Below, one piece after another: positions 36,668 to 46,163 of a stretch of DNA of 48,572 nt; position 1 is the stretch's first letter; each line of letters opens with the position of its first letter. The DNA is from Candidatus Aenigmatarchaeota archaeon. Its GTDB lineage: Archaea > Aenigmatarchaeota > Aenigmatarchaeia > CG10238-14 > SCSR01. The notes beneath the pieces were generated by a model, which saw nothing but the letters and a program-made list of their open reading frames with translations, made no database searches and was not told the origin of the DNA. Position numbers and translations under genes: made by a program. The DNA lies in the NCBI GenBank assembly GCA_016198705.1, contig JACQIA010000013.1:1-48572 (forward strand), read 5' to 3'.

Positions 36668-37516
36668 ATGAAGTTCGCTTGGGCTAATACAGATAGTCTT
36701 GACAAGGCTGATGTTGTACTAGTTGGGGTGCCTGATGAGACTGGTTCTTATGCGAGAAGAAAAAGCTGCAGCAAAGCTCCGGATGCTATAAGAAAAGTTT
36801 CGAACGAAAGGGAGGTGTTTGAAAGGAAAGGTATGAAGACGGTTGCGTTATCGCAGATTTGCCCGATGAATAAGAATATTTATGACTATGGCAACATCTC
36901 GAAAGGTGACGTATCTAAAGTTGTTGGGAAAATTGTTGGTGAAGATAAGATACCAGTAACCATTGGCGGGGACCATTCGATTACAGCTGAAGTCTTGAAG
37001 GGGATTGACAAATTAAGGGAAGATATAAGTATTGTCTATATAGATTCGCATCCTGATTTCATTTGCTCATCTAAGGAATACTATGGTTCGGTGGTTTGCG
37101 ATATTGCTGAGTATAAAAATATTGATTTTAGTTCGAGCATAGAGATTGGCATTAGGGCGCCGGAACCTGAAGAATTAGTAAATGTGCGGAGGAAGTATCT
37201 TAAGACGATTTCATCAATTGGTGTTGAGGCGATGGGCTTAAAAGAGGTTGTTGAAAAGGTAAGGGATAGAGTTAGTGATAACGTTTATGTTTCGCTTGAT
37301 ATGGATGTCATTGATCCTGCATTTGCACCAGGTGTAAGCTCGCCTGTGCCGGCTGGTTTGACTAGCAATCAATTGCTTTATTTAATGACGGAGATTGCAA
37401 AACTGGGGATTATAGGATTTGACGTTATGGAAGTTTGTCCTGATTATGATATGCAAGATATGACATCCCATCTGGCTGCAAGGATTATCATAGAAACAAT
37501 ATCGTGCGTTAAATGA
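36668..37516 (+). CDS. Ureohydrolase (agmatinase/arginase family), atypical
   Basis: GGDHS, DSHPD and SLDMDVIDP Mn ligands; start reassigned to ATG 36668. Confidence 0.88.
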   Translation: MKFAWANTDSLDKADVVLVGVPDETGSYARRKSCSKAPDAIRKVSNEREVFERKGMKTVALSQICPMNKNIYDYGNISKGDVSKVVGKIVGEDKIPVTIGGDHSITAEVLKGIDKLREDISIVYIDSHPDFICSSKEYYGSVVCDIAEYKNIDFSSSIEIGIRAPEPEELVNVRRKYLKTISSIGVEAMGLKEVVEKVRDRVSDNVYVSLDMDVIDPAFAPGVSSPVPAGLTSNQLLYLMTEIAKLGIIGFDVMEVCPDYDMQDMTSHLAARIIIETISCVK

Positions 37517-38349
37517 CAGACGTAAATGAAATTTTGAAAGAATTGGTAAAGACTTGGGTTGCTGGGGAGAAATTATCCGAAGCCATTAGAGTTACTAGGC
37601 AGTTAAACAGAAAAGGTTTGTCTGTAATGATTAATGTTCTTGGGGAGCATTTCAAAGAAAAATCTCCTGTTGAAGGTGTCGTGGAAGAATACATTCGGGT
37701 TGCTGGGGAGATAAAGAAAAACAAGCTGGATGCCAGCATAACTGTAAAGGGAACGGAATTGGGGTTGGATATAGGGAAAGGTTATTTCATGCTAAATTTA
37801 GAGCAGATAGTTACCGCAACCAACAAGGAAAATATTTTTGTATGGCTGGACATGGAAAGCCATGATTACATAAAAGACACTATAGAAGTCTTTCTAAAAT
37901 TGCTGCAGAAATACAGAAATATTGGCATTGTTATACAGGCAAATTTGAAAAGGAGCGAGGGTGATTTGATTAACATAGCATCTAAAAACGGCAGAATACG
38001 ATTGGTGAAAGGGGTATATCATGAAGACGCGGGAATTGCATTCCAAACTTTAAAGGACATTAGAGATAATTACAAGAAATTGATGATATGCTTGTTTAAG
38101 AATTCTAAAAGCTTTGCTCTAGCTACACATGATGAAGAATTGATCAGAATTGCGGTTGAAATGAATAAGAAATTCAAAAGGGATGTGGAATTCCAATTTT
38201 TATTTGGCATGGATGATGCAGCTGGGGGGTTAATTAAGAAAGGCTACAAAGTTTCCATTTATTTGCCATATGGCAAGAATTGGCTTCATTATGTGGAGAG
38301 AAGGTTTGCTGAGATGAGTGCTACGATGCTGCCCCATTTGAAATTGTAA
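37513..38349 (+). CDS. Monofunctional proline dehydrogenase
   Basis: LDME, RLVKGVY, ATHD, EFQ and YLPYG...RRFAE; ATGA overlap with the ureohydrolase. Confidence 0.88.
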   Translation: MTDVNEILKELVKTWVAGEKLSEAIRVTRQLNRKGLSVMINVLGEHFKEKSPVEGVVEEYIRVAGEIKKNKLDASITVKGTELGLDIGKGYFMLNLEQIVTATNKENIFVWLDMESHDYIKDTIEVFLKLLQKYRNIGIVIQANLKRSEGDLINIASKNGRIRLVKGVYHEDAGIAFQTLKDIRDNYKKLMICLFKNSKSFALATHDEELIRIAVEMNKKFKRDVEFQFLFGMDDAAGGLIKKGYKVSIYLPYGKNWLHYVERRFAEMSATMLPHLKL

Positions 38350-38394
38350 GTAAACGAATTTATTTCGAAATTGGTATATATTTAATTAGATATA

Positions 38395-39861
38395 ATGACA
38401 AAAACTTACCAGCTTTTCATAGACGGTAAATGGCTTAATTCTAAATCCGCTGAAACATTTTACAGAATAAATCCCGCTAACCCAAAGGAAATTCTTGGCA
38501 AATTCCAGCAGGGAACTAAAGACGATATTGATAAAGCTGTGGATGCTGCAGAAGATGCGTTTGGCAAATGGAGCTCAATTCCGCCCCCTAAACGAGGGGA
38601 AATTTTGTTCAAGATAGTAGAATTACTTAGAGTAAATAAAGAAAGGCTAGCAAGATTGATGACAAAAGAGATGGGAAAAATCTTGCTGGAAACCCGCGGC
38701 GATGTGCAAGAGGCTATCGACACCTTTGAATATTTTGCCGGCGAAGGCAGAAGACTATTCGGACATACAACAACAAGCGAATTAAGAGATAAATTTGCTA
38801 TGACTATAAGGAGACCTGTTGGTGTATTTGGCATAATAACACCATGGAATTTTCCTATTGCAATTCCAGCCTGGAAATTAGCTCCGGCATTGATCTGCGG
38901 TAATACAGTAGTTTGGAAGCCTTCCAGCGATACTCCATTATGCGCTATAGAATTAATGAAAATTCTAACTAAAGCTGGCATATCTGATGGAGTGGTGAAT
39001 CTAGTAACTGGCCCTGGAAACACAGCTGGTATGCATTTGGTTAAGCACAAGAAAGTCAGAGGCATATCCTTCACTGGCAATAGAGACACTGGCAAACAAA
39101 TTGTAAAAGAGGCGGGGATTAAAAAAGTTGGTTTGGAGTTAGGAAGTAAAAATGCGATGATAATTATGGATGATGCGAACTTGAAACTTGCATTGGACGG
39201 TGTTATCTGGGGGGCGTTTGGAACTACAGGACAGAGGTGTACTGCTACAAGCAGAGTAATAATTCATGAAACGATAAGGAAAAGGTTTGAGAAGACCCTG
39301 GTAGAGAGGGTTAAAAAATTAAGGCTTGGTTCTGGGTTAAACCCAAGAACCGATGTCGGACCATTGGTTAATAAAGCGGCACGAGAAAAAAGCGCAAGAT
39401 ACACCAAAATCGGCATGGAAGAAGGTGGCAAGCTTATTTGTGGCGGCAAGATTCCGAAGTTAAATGGATTTTTCTTTCAACCAACTGTGTTTACTGATGT
39501 AGCAATTGACATGAAGATTGCGAAAGAAGAGATTTTTGGACCAGTTGTATCTTTAATTCCTGTGAAAAATTTGAATGAAGCTATAAAGGCTGCAAATTCT
39601 GTCGAATACGGATTGAGCTCTTCAATTTATACTAATGATATTAGAACTGCATTTGAAGCTATAGAAAAGATAGAAGCGGGGATTACATACGTTAATGCTC
39701 CAACCATAGGAGCTGAGGTGCATTTGCCGTTTGGTGGGGTGAAGAGTTCTGGGCAGACACGGGAGGCTGGATGGGCTGGTGTGGAGGAATTTTCTGAAGA
39801 AAAAACAGTTTACATAGACTACTCTAATAAGTTGCAGCGTGCGCAGATCGATACTAAGTAA
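38395..39861 (+). CDS. Aldehyde dehydrogenase (semialdehyde/P5C dehydrogenase candidate)
   Basis: TPWNFP, FTG, ELGSKN, GQRC, EEIFGP and PFGG. Confidence 0.9.
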   Translation: MTKTYQLFIDGKWLNSKSAETFYRINPANPKEILGKFQQGTKDDIDKAVDAAEDAFGKWSSIPPPKRGEILFKIVELLRVNKERLARLMTKEMGKILLETRGDVQEAIDTFEYFAGEGRRLFGHTTTSELRDKFAMTIRRPVGVFGIITPWNFPIAIPAWKLAPALICGNTVVWKPSSDTPLCAIELMKILTKAGISDGVVNLVTGPGNTAGMHLVKHKKVRGISFTGNRDTGKQIVKEAGIKKVGLELGSKNAMIIMDDANLKLALDGVIWGAFGTTGQRCTATSRVIIHETIRKRFEKTLVERVKKLRLGSGLNPRTDVGPLVNKAAREKSARYTKIGMEEGGKLICGGKIPKLNGFFFQPTVFTDVAIDMKIAKEEIFGPVVSLIPVKNLNEAIKAANSVEYGLSSSIYTNDIRTAFEAIEKIEAGITYVNAPTIGAEVHLPFGGVKSSGQTREAGWAGVEEFSEEKTVYIDYSNKLQRAQIDTK

Positions 39862-39912
39862 TCGATTTATATCGGGAAAATAATTTTTAATTGAGTTACA
39901 TTTTGGTTTGAA

Positions 39913-40340
39913 GTGAGGGTGAATAATATTTACGATTCAATTATCATTGGCGGTGGTGTAGTAGGATTAGCAGGAGCTATGTATGCTGGAAGAATGCAGC
40001 TGAAGACTTTGGTGTTAGGTGAAATTGTAGGAGGGACGATAATTTTCACAACCGGTATGAAGCATAGGGAATTGAAAGTGCCAGGTGAAAAAGAGTTTAC
40101 AAACAAAGGTGTGCATACGTGCGCCCTTTGCGATGGTTTTTTCTATAAAAATAAAATTATTGGTGTGGTTGGTGGCAGTGATTCTGCGGCAAAAGAAGCC
40201 TTATTACTAACACAATGGACAAAAAAAGTTTACATGATATATAGAGGTGAGAAGATTAGACCTGAACCAGTTAATGCCAGTAGGATAGAATAGAAGATTA
40301 AATAAGGGAATCAAAATTATTGATGTGCCTATTGATAAAT
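39913..40340 (+). pseudogene. Decayed thioredoxin reductase copy
   Basis: Homologous to 46164-47150, with a 35-nt exact match (39979-40013 vs 46227-46261), an in-frame deletion of about 67 codons, then stops (RIE*KIK*G). Confidence 0.85.
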
Positions 40341-40372
40341 AGAAAAATATTGAGTTGTTTAAAGGTGGTTGA

Positions 40373-41740
40373 TTGGCAAAGATAATTTCTATTAATCCAG
40401 CAACAGAAGAAATAAACAAAGAGTTTGAGCTGTATTCTAAAGAACAAGTAGTGAAAATTTGCAAAGATTCTAGAAAAGCATTTAAAGAATGGAAAAATTT
40501 AGACATAAAAGAAAGAGGAAATTACTTAAGAAATCTTGCTGATGTGTTAAGAAGAAAGAAAGAGGAATATGGAAGATTGATAACAATAGAAATGGGCAAG
40601 CCAATTAAACAAGGTGTGGCTGAAGTTGAAAAATGTGCATGGACTGCTGAAGTGTATGCGGATAATGGGGAGAAATGGTTGGAAGAGGAATTAGTTCAAG
40701 CAGATGGCAAGAAACATATAGTAACCTTTGAACCTCTTGGTGTGATACTTTCGGTAATGCCGTGGAATTTTCCATTTTGGCAGGCTTTGAGATTCGGCAT
40801 TCCTACATTAACTGCTGGTAATGTTTCTATCTTAAGGCATTCTAATGTTGTTCCTATGTGTGCTTTAACAATAGAAGAAGCATTTAAAGAAGCTGGTTTT
40901 CCTGAAAATGTTTTCAGAACAATTATTACCGACCATAAACTTGTTGCTTCATTAATTAGAAGCGATTTGATTAATGGAGTTACTGTTACTGGTAGCGTTG
41001 GAGTTGGTTCTAGAGTTGGGCAGTTAGCTGGAAAATACATCAAGAAATTTGTTCTGGAATTGGGTGGTAGTGATCCCTTTGTTGTTTTGGAAGATGCTAA
41101 TATACAGTTTGCATGCAAAAGTGCTGCGCAAGGAAGATTGATTAATTCTGGCCAAAGTTGCATTGCTGCAAAAAGATTTATTGTAGTTAAAGAGATTGCT
41201 GAAGAATTTACAGAAAAATTTGTTGAATTTACCAAGGCTTTGAAGGTTGGAAATCCATTGGAGCAAGATACAGATGTTGGTTCGTTAGTAAACGAACAAC
41301 AGAGACAATTGTTGGAAGCGCAAGTTAAAGATGCTGTAGACAAAGGAGCTACTGTCTTGACTGGGGGAAAGAGAATTGAAGGTAGGGGATTTTTCTATGA
41401 ACCAACTATTTTATCAAATGTCAAAAAAAACATGAAAGTTGTTAAAGAAGAAGTGTTTGGACCTGTAGCACCGATAATTGTTGTAAAAAATGAAAAGGAA
41501 GCTATAAGAGTTGCGAATGATTCTGAATTTGGGTTGGGAGCTAGTGTTTGGAGCACTAATGAAGAAGGGGTTATAAGAGTTGCCAGAGCTTTACAAGCAG
41601 GTGCAGTTTTTGTTAATGGTATAGTTAAAAGCGATCCTAGATTGCCATTTGGCGGAATAAAGAAATCTGGCATTGGCAGAGAATTGTCTCATTACGGATT
41701 GAAAGAATTTGTAAATATAAAAGCAATAAATATTTATTAG
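40373..41740 (+). CDS. gabD: NAD(P)-dependent succinate-semialdehyde dehydrogenase (GabD1/Sad-like)
   Basis: INPATEE, MPWNFPFWQ, ELGGSDP, GQSCIAAKR and SDPRLPFGGIKKSG. Confidence 0.88.
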   Translation: MAKIISINPATEEINKEFELYSKEQVVKICKDSRKAFKEWKNLDIKERGNYLRNLADVLRRKKEEYGRLITIEMGKPIKQGVAEVEKCAWTAEVYADNGEKWLEEELVQADGKKHIVTFEPLGVILSVMPWNFPFWQALRFGIPTLTAGNVSILRHSNVVPMCALTIEEAFKEAGFPENVFRTIITDHKLVASLIRSDLINGVTVTGSVGVGSRVGQLAGKYIKKFVLELGGSDPFVVLEDANIQFACKSAAQGRLINSGQSCIAAKRFIVVKEIAEEFTEKFVEFTKALKVGNPLEQDTDVGSLVNEQQRQLLEAQVKDAVDKGATVLTGGKRIEGRGFFYEPTILSNVKKNMKVVKEEVFGPVAPIIVVKNEKEAIRVANDSEFGLGASVWSTNEEGVIRVARALQAGAVFVNGIVKSDPRLPFGGIKKSGIGRELSHYGLKEFVNIKAINIY

Positions 41741-41747
41741 GATATAG

Positions 41748-41966
41748 GTGATTTTGATTGTAATCGAACTTATTGGGTTTACATTAGATATGATTGGCAA
41801 AATTTTAGTTGGCATAAGTGTTATATTGGTTCATACCCGAGTAATGAGAGAACGTAAAATAGATAAATTGGTTATTAAAGCGATGGGAAGAGAGAAAGTT
41901 TTAGCAATATCAGGCATAGTTTTGATTATTTTGGGTTATTTGTTGCAATTGCCCACAAAAGTGTAA
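41748..41966 (+). CDS. Small 2-TM membrane protein
   Basis: Two hydrophobic helices separated by a basic loop. Confidence 0.65.
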   Translation: MILIVIELIGFTLDMIGKILVGISVILVHTRVMRERKIDKLVIKAMGREKVLAISGIVLIILGYLLQLPTKV

Positions 41967-42027
41967 TTACTTATGATTTATTAAAAAGCTAAGTTAAAAT
42001 TTATTATAAGAAAGTAAATTATTAGTA

Positions 42028-43437
42028 ATGATATTGAAACATAAAGGTTTTAAAAGATCTATGAAACTGTACTCTGAAGCCTTCAAGATAATTCCTTATG
42101 GTGTTAGCTCAAATACGAGACTCTGGCATACCATTTGTCCTACGTTTGCGCCATGTGCTATTTTCATCGATAGAGCGAAAGGTTCTCATTTATGGGATGT
42201 AGACTGGAATGAATATATTGATTACAGGTTAGCATTTGGCCCAGTAATCTTAGGACATAGCTACAAGCCTATTACCAATTTTGTTCACAAGTATGAAGAC
42301 AGAGGCTTGGTATATGCATTGGATAATGAGTTGGAAATAAAAGTAACAAAACAAATTTTGTCGATGGTTCCATGCGCTGAGATGGTGAGATATGCTAATA
42401 CTGGAACTGAAGCAACGATGACTGCAATCAGAATTGCTAGGGCGTTTACTAAGAAAGACAAGATAATAAAGTTTGAAGGGCATTACCATGGGCATCACGA
42501 CTATGTTCTATTTTCAACCGATATCAAATTAGAGAAATTGACAAAAGATGTTAGAACTGTGCCAATGTCATTAGGAATTCCACATCCAATTAAGAATTTG
42601 GTAATAACTGCAAGATGGAACGATTTCGAAGGGATAGAGAGATTGGTTAGGAGGCATGCGGACGAAGTGGCGGCAATTATATGTGAGCCTATAATGGCCA
42701 ATGCTGGGGTGATAAACCCTAAGAAAGGCTTTTTGAAACACTTGAAAAAACTTTGCAACGAGCATGGTATAGTTTTTATCATGGACGAAGTTAAGACAGG
42801 ATTCAGGCTTGCACCAGGCGGGGCCCAAGAAGTTTTTAAAGTAAAACCAGATTTGGCAACATTTGCAAAGTCAATGAGCAATGGTTATCCTATATCATGC
42901 ATAACAGGCAGAAAAGAAGTTATGGAGATGTTGGCTCCTGGGAAAGTGGTTCACGGTGGCACTTATGCCAGTAATCCTGTATCTCTCGCTGCAACTTTGG
43001 CAACCTTGAAACTACTCAAACCAAAAGTGTTCAAGCACATATATTCCTATGGAAATGCTTTGATGAAGACAGTTCATGAAATTTTAACAGAAAGGGGTAT
43101 ATCACATGTCGTGCAAGGTTATCCTTCGATGTTTCAATTTTACTTTACAAAAGCTGGTAAGGCATTTCAAGAATACAGAGACTGGAAACATGTAGATACA
43201 GATACGTTTGCAAGATTACAATTTGAATTGCTCAAGCGTGGGGTGATGCTTGACGAAGACAATGGTGAACCTATGTATGTATGTTATTCTCATTCGAAAG
43301 AAGACTTGCATAAAACCTTAGAGGCATTTGAAGAGGCCATACCAAACGCGTTAGTTCCAAAATCTAGTTTAGGTAAACATTTCACATTACATACAGGATT
43401 AACAAGACGTGTGTCCCATGTCGGACATTTCACCTAA
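42028..43437 (+). CDS. Class III PLP aminotransferase, glutamate-1-semialdehyde aminomutase-like
   Basis: GPVILGH, NTGTEAT, FEGHYHG, DEVKTGFR, FAKS and GTY. No other hem genes nearby, so hemL function is not assigned. Confidence 0.88.
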   Translation: MILKHKGFKRSMKLYSEAFKIIPYGVSSNTRLWHTICPTFAPCAIFIDRAKGSHLWDVDWNEYIDYRLAFGPVILGHSYKPITNFVHKYEDRGLVYALDNELEIKVTKQILSMVPCAEMVRYANTGTEATMTAIRIARAFTKKDKIIKFEGHYHGHHDYVLFSTDIKLEKLTKDVRTVPMSLGIPHPIKNLVITARWNDFEGIERLVRRHADEVAAIICEPIMANAGVINPKKGFLKHLKKLCNEHGIVFIMDEVKTGFRLAPGGAQEVFKVKPDLATFAKSMSNGYPISCITGRKEVMEMLAPGKVVHGGTYASNPVSLAATLATLKLLKPKVFKHIYSYGNALMKTVHEILTERGISHVVQGYPSMFQFYFTKAGKAFQEYRDWKHVDTDTFARLQFELLKRGVMLDEDNGEPMYVCYSHSKEDLHKTLEAFEEAIPNALVPKSSLGKHFTLHTGLTRRVSHVGHFT

Positions 43438-44590
43438 ATACACTATAAACTTTCATATTTCTTTTCGCTAGTTCCTTGAAGAAAATTTCTGGATTGATAC
43501 ACATCTCTGGTGGTAACACTCCTGCCTGATTTATTTGTCCATTAATTATCATCTGGGCTGCAATAGATGGCGGTACTCCAGTATCCCAAGAACCTGCAGA
43601 TAGATTCCATTTCTTGTTAGTAACAGCCTTGCAATATACTACAATTCGCTTCTTCGTGTTTTTACTATAGCCAGTAAGTTCAACTCTCAAAAATTCTATG
43701 TCATTCACTTTAATTTTTTCTGATGGGATCAATTGATTTAAAATCTTTACAGTAAAATCTCGAGGCACAATTTCTGCATCTCTGAATTTAATGGGTTTCT
43801 CTGAGGCTAATCCAGCATCTATCAAGAATTTTACTTTATTTACAAAATCGAAATCAAATCCACCTTTAAAGCTACAATTTTTTATACCTTTGTCCTTGAA
43901 TGCAACGGGGAATGTAGCAACTTCCGAATGCAATGTATAGAAGCATGCTGCTTTGTCCACAGGTGATGGGAATTTAATCTCTTCCATTCCACTCAAGGGC
44001 TCTACAAATTTAATTCTTCCATTTTGAAACACGGCTGGTTTTTTCATAAATTCATCAAAAATTGTATACATAGAATATGGGACTACAAATGGCATGTTAT
44101 AATTTGTGTAATCCTCGTCAGCGAATTGAACGTGAATAGAATCTATCTTATCAAGAAACCTAGCACCATAAGCTGCCATTATATTTGTTATTCCAGGAGT
44201 GGCACCGCAACCAAGAATTGCAATCAAATTTTTTCTTTTGAAACGTTTATGAAGTTTTAATTGTTTTTTAGTCATATGAAATAATCCCCCCAAGTCAACA
44301 TAGTTTACATTTGCATCAAGAGCAGCTTTCATAACCTTCAGATTCATGTAGTACTGTGTCGAGTTGATTACAACATCGGAATTCTTCAGAATTGAAAGAA
44401 GTTGTTTATGGTTATTGACATCGATTTGAACACCTTTCACATTTTTCTTTTTGAATGATTTTGCAAAACTTTCAGCTTTTCTTTTATCCCTGCCTGCTAC
44501 AATAATTTCGCAATTCTTACAAGTTTCAACTAAGTCTATAACAGTAATTTTTCCCATCTCACCATATCCGCCTATCACGACGATTTTCAT
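43430..44590 (-). CDS. Saccharopine dehydrogenase-like oxidoreductase (lysine 6-dehydrogenase / carboxyspermidine dehydrogenase family)
   Basis: GGYGEMG, YVDLGG, GCGATPG, HSEVAT and GVLPPE. Confidence 0.85.
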   Translation of the reverse strand: MKIVVIGGYGEMGKITVIDLVETCKNCEIIVAGRDKRKAESFAKSFKKKNVKGVQIDVNNHKQLLSILKNSDVVINSTQYYMNLKVMKAALDANVNYVDLGGLFHMTKKQLKLHKRFKRKNLIAILGCGATPGITNIMAAYGARFLDKIDSIHVQFADEDYTNYNMPFVVPYSMYTIFDEFMKKPAVFQNGRIKFVEPLSGMEEIKFPSPVDKAACFYTLHSEVATFPVAFKDKGIKNCSFKGGFDFDFVNKVKFLIDAGLASEKPIKFRDAEIVPRDFTVKILNQLIPSEKIKVNDIEFLRVELTGYSKNTKKRIVVYCKAVTNKKWNLSAGSWDTGVPPSIAAQMIINGQINQAGVLPPEMCINPEIFFKELAKRNMKVYSVFR

Positions 44591-44632
44591 TCCACCACAA
44601 TAATTATTTAGGGTAGTTTTCTAATTAAGAAT

Positions 44633-46126
44633 ATGGATTCTAAATATAGGATGTATATCAACGGGGAGTGGGTTGATTCTGAAAGTAAAGAAACATTTGA
44701 TGTAATTAATCCTACTACTGAAGAAGTTATAACGGAAGTTCCTCAAGGAACTAAAGAGGACGCGAAAACAGCTATAGATACTGCTAGGGAATCGTTTGAC
44801 AAAGGTGTTTGGAGCAATAAAACGCCTGCAGAGAGGGCACGCGTAATTTGGAAGTTGTCTGACTGGGTTGAGGATAATGCTGATTCGCTAGCTAAGCTTG
44901 AATCAATGAATGTTGGCAAGACAATCAAATATAGCAGAGATTCGGATATACCATTCATCATTGACAATCTGAGATTTTTTGCTGGGTGTGCTAGAATTTT
45001 AGAAGGGAGGTCTGCTACGGAATATTCAGGAATGGGGACTAGCATAATCAGACGTGAGCCTTTGGGTGTTGTTGCTGCTATTGTACCATGGAATTATCCT
45101 TTGTATATTGCTGTATGGAAGATTGCACCTGCATTAGCAGCTGGCAACTCGTTAGTAATCAAACCCGCTAGCTATACACCATTAACACTTTTGGAATTTA
45201 CAGAGATGGTTGAAAAGGCTGGCGTGCCTAAAGGAGTTTTCAATGTTGTAACAGGTCCTGGTGAAGTAATCGGAAGTGAATTGGCAAGCAGCAAGAAAGT
45301 GGATATGATCGCTTTAACTGGAGATACTAATACTGGCAAGAAGATAATGCAAATGGCTTCTAATAATGTCAAAAGACTTCATTTGGAATTGGGAGGGAAA
45401 GCACCATTGATAGCTTTACCAGATGCTGACATAGAAACTGTGGCTCAAGGAGCAGTAGTTGGCGGTTTCTGGAATACAGGACAGGATTGCACTGCAGTGA
45501 CTAGAGTGATAATCAATGAAAGCATTTATGAAAAAGTTGTGCATAGGATGGTTGAGAAGGCAAAGAAGTTTAGATTGGGTAATCCTTTGGATAAATCAAC
45601 CGATATGGGACCTTTGGTATCAGAAAGGCAGAGGGATAGGGTTGAAGGATTTATTAAACAAGGTGTTGATGATGGAGGTAAGATTATTGCTGGCGGTGGT
45701 AGACCTAAACATTTGAAGAAAGGCTATTTCTTAGAACCAACCATATTGAAAGATACAACACAAGACATGACTGTCTGCAGAGATGAGATTTTCGGTCCTG
45801 TTATCGCAGTCTACAGTTATGAAAAACTTGATGATGCAATTGAAGATGCGAATGACATTGATTATGGATTAGCTGCATCTGTTTATGGAAAAGATATAGC
45901 TGCTTGCATGAAGGTTGCAAATAAATTAGACTTTGGAACTGTTTGGATAAATGAGCACGGAATTTTAGCATCAGAAATGCCGCATGGTGGATTTAAACAA
46001 TCGGGCTTCGGCAAAGATTTGTCGTCGTATTCATTCGAAGAATATACAAGAATTAAGCATGTTTATGTTGATTTGACTGGCGAAGCAGTAAAGTCCTGGC
46101 ACTATACTGTGTTTGGCGGGAAATAA
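44633..46126 (+). CDS. Aminoaldehyde dehydrogenase (gamma-aminobutyraldehyde dehydrogenase-like)
   Basis: PWNYPL, HLELGGKAP, GQDCTA and SEMPHGGFKQSGFGKDLS, typical of the PatD/YdcW group. Confidence 0.85.
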   Translation: MDSKYRMYINGEWVDSESKETFDVINPTTEEVITEVPQGTKEDAKTAIDTARESFDKGVWSNKTPAERARVIWKLSDWVEDNADSLAKLESMNVGKTIKYSRDSDIPFIIDNLRFFAGCARILEGRSATEYSGMGTSIIRREPLGVVAAIVPWNYPLYIAVWKIAPALAAGNSLVIKPASYTPLTLLEFTEMVEKAGVPKGVFNVVTGPGEVIGSELASSKKVDMIALTGDTNTGKKIMQMASNNVKRLHLELGGKAPLIALPDADIETVAQGAVVGGFWNTGQDCTAVTRVIINESIYEKVVHRMVEKAKKFRLGNPLDKSTDMGPLVSERQRDRVEGFIKQGVDDGGKIIAGGGRPKHLKKGYFLEPTILKDTTQDMTVCRDEIFGPVIAVYSYEKLDDAIEDANDIDYGLAASVYGKDIAACMKVANKLDFGTVWINEHGILASEMPHGGFKQSGFGKDLSSYSFEEYTRIKHVYVDLTGEAVKSWHYTVFGGK

Positions 46127-46163
46127 ATTCTAATTTTTATTCTTTAAAAATGAAATAAATAGA

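Noticed and set aside
38347-39874. Similar sequences TAAGTAAACGAATTTATTTCG (38347) and TAAGTAATCGATTTATATCG (39855) as a shared operator
   Set aside because: Only two short, gapped, AT-rich copies that include stop codons; not distinguishable from chance by eye.
39913-40293. Functional mini thioredoxin reductase
   Set aside because: It lacks much of the FAD domain and the whole C-terminal half, and homology continues through in-frame stops, so it is a pseudogene.
38460-41343. Long antisense ORFs (38460-39095, 40696-41343) and similar shadows elsewhere
   Set aside because: They lie wholly opposite well-supported genes, have no motifs, and are explained by codon bias.
42028-43437. hemL / tetrapyrrole synthesis
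   Set aside because: The family match is clear, but there are no hemA/B/C neighbours and the context is amine catabolism; symbol withheld.
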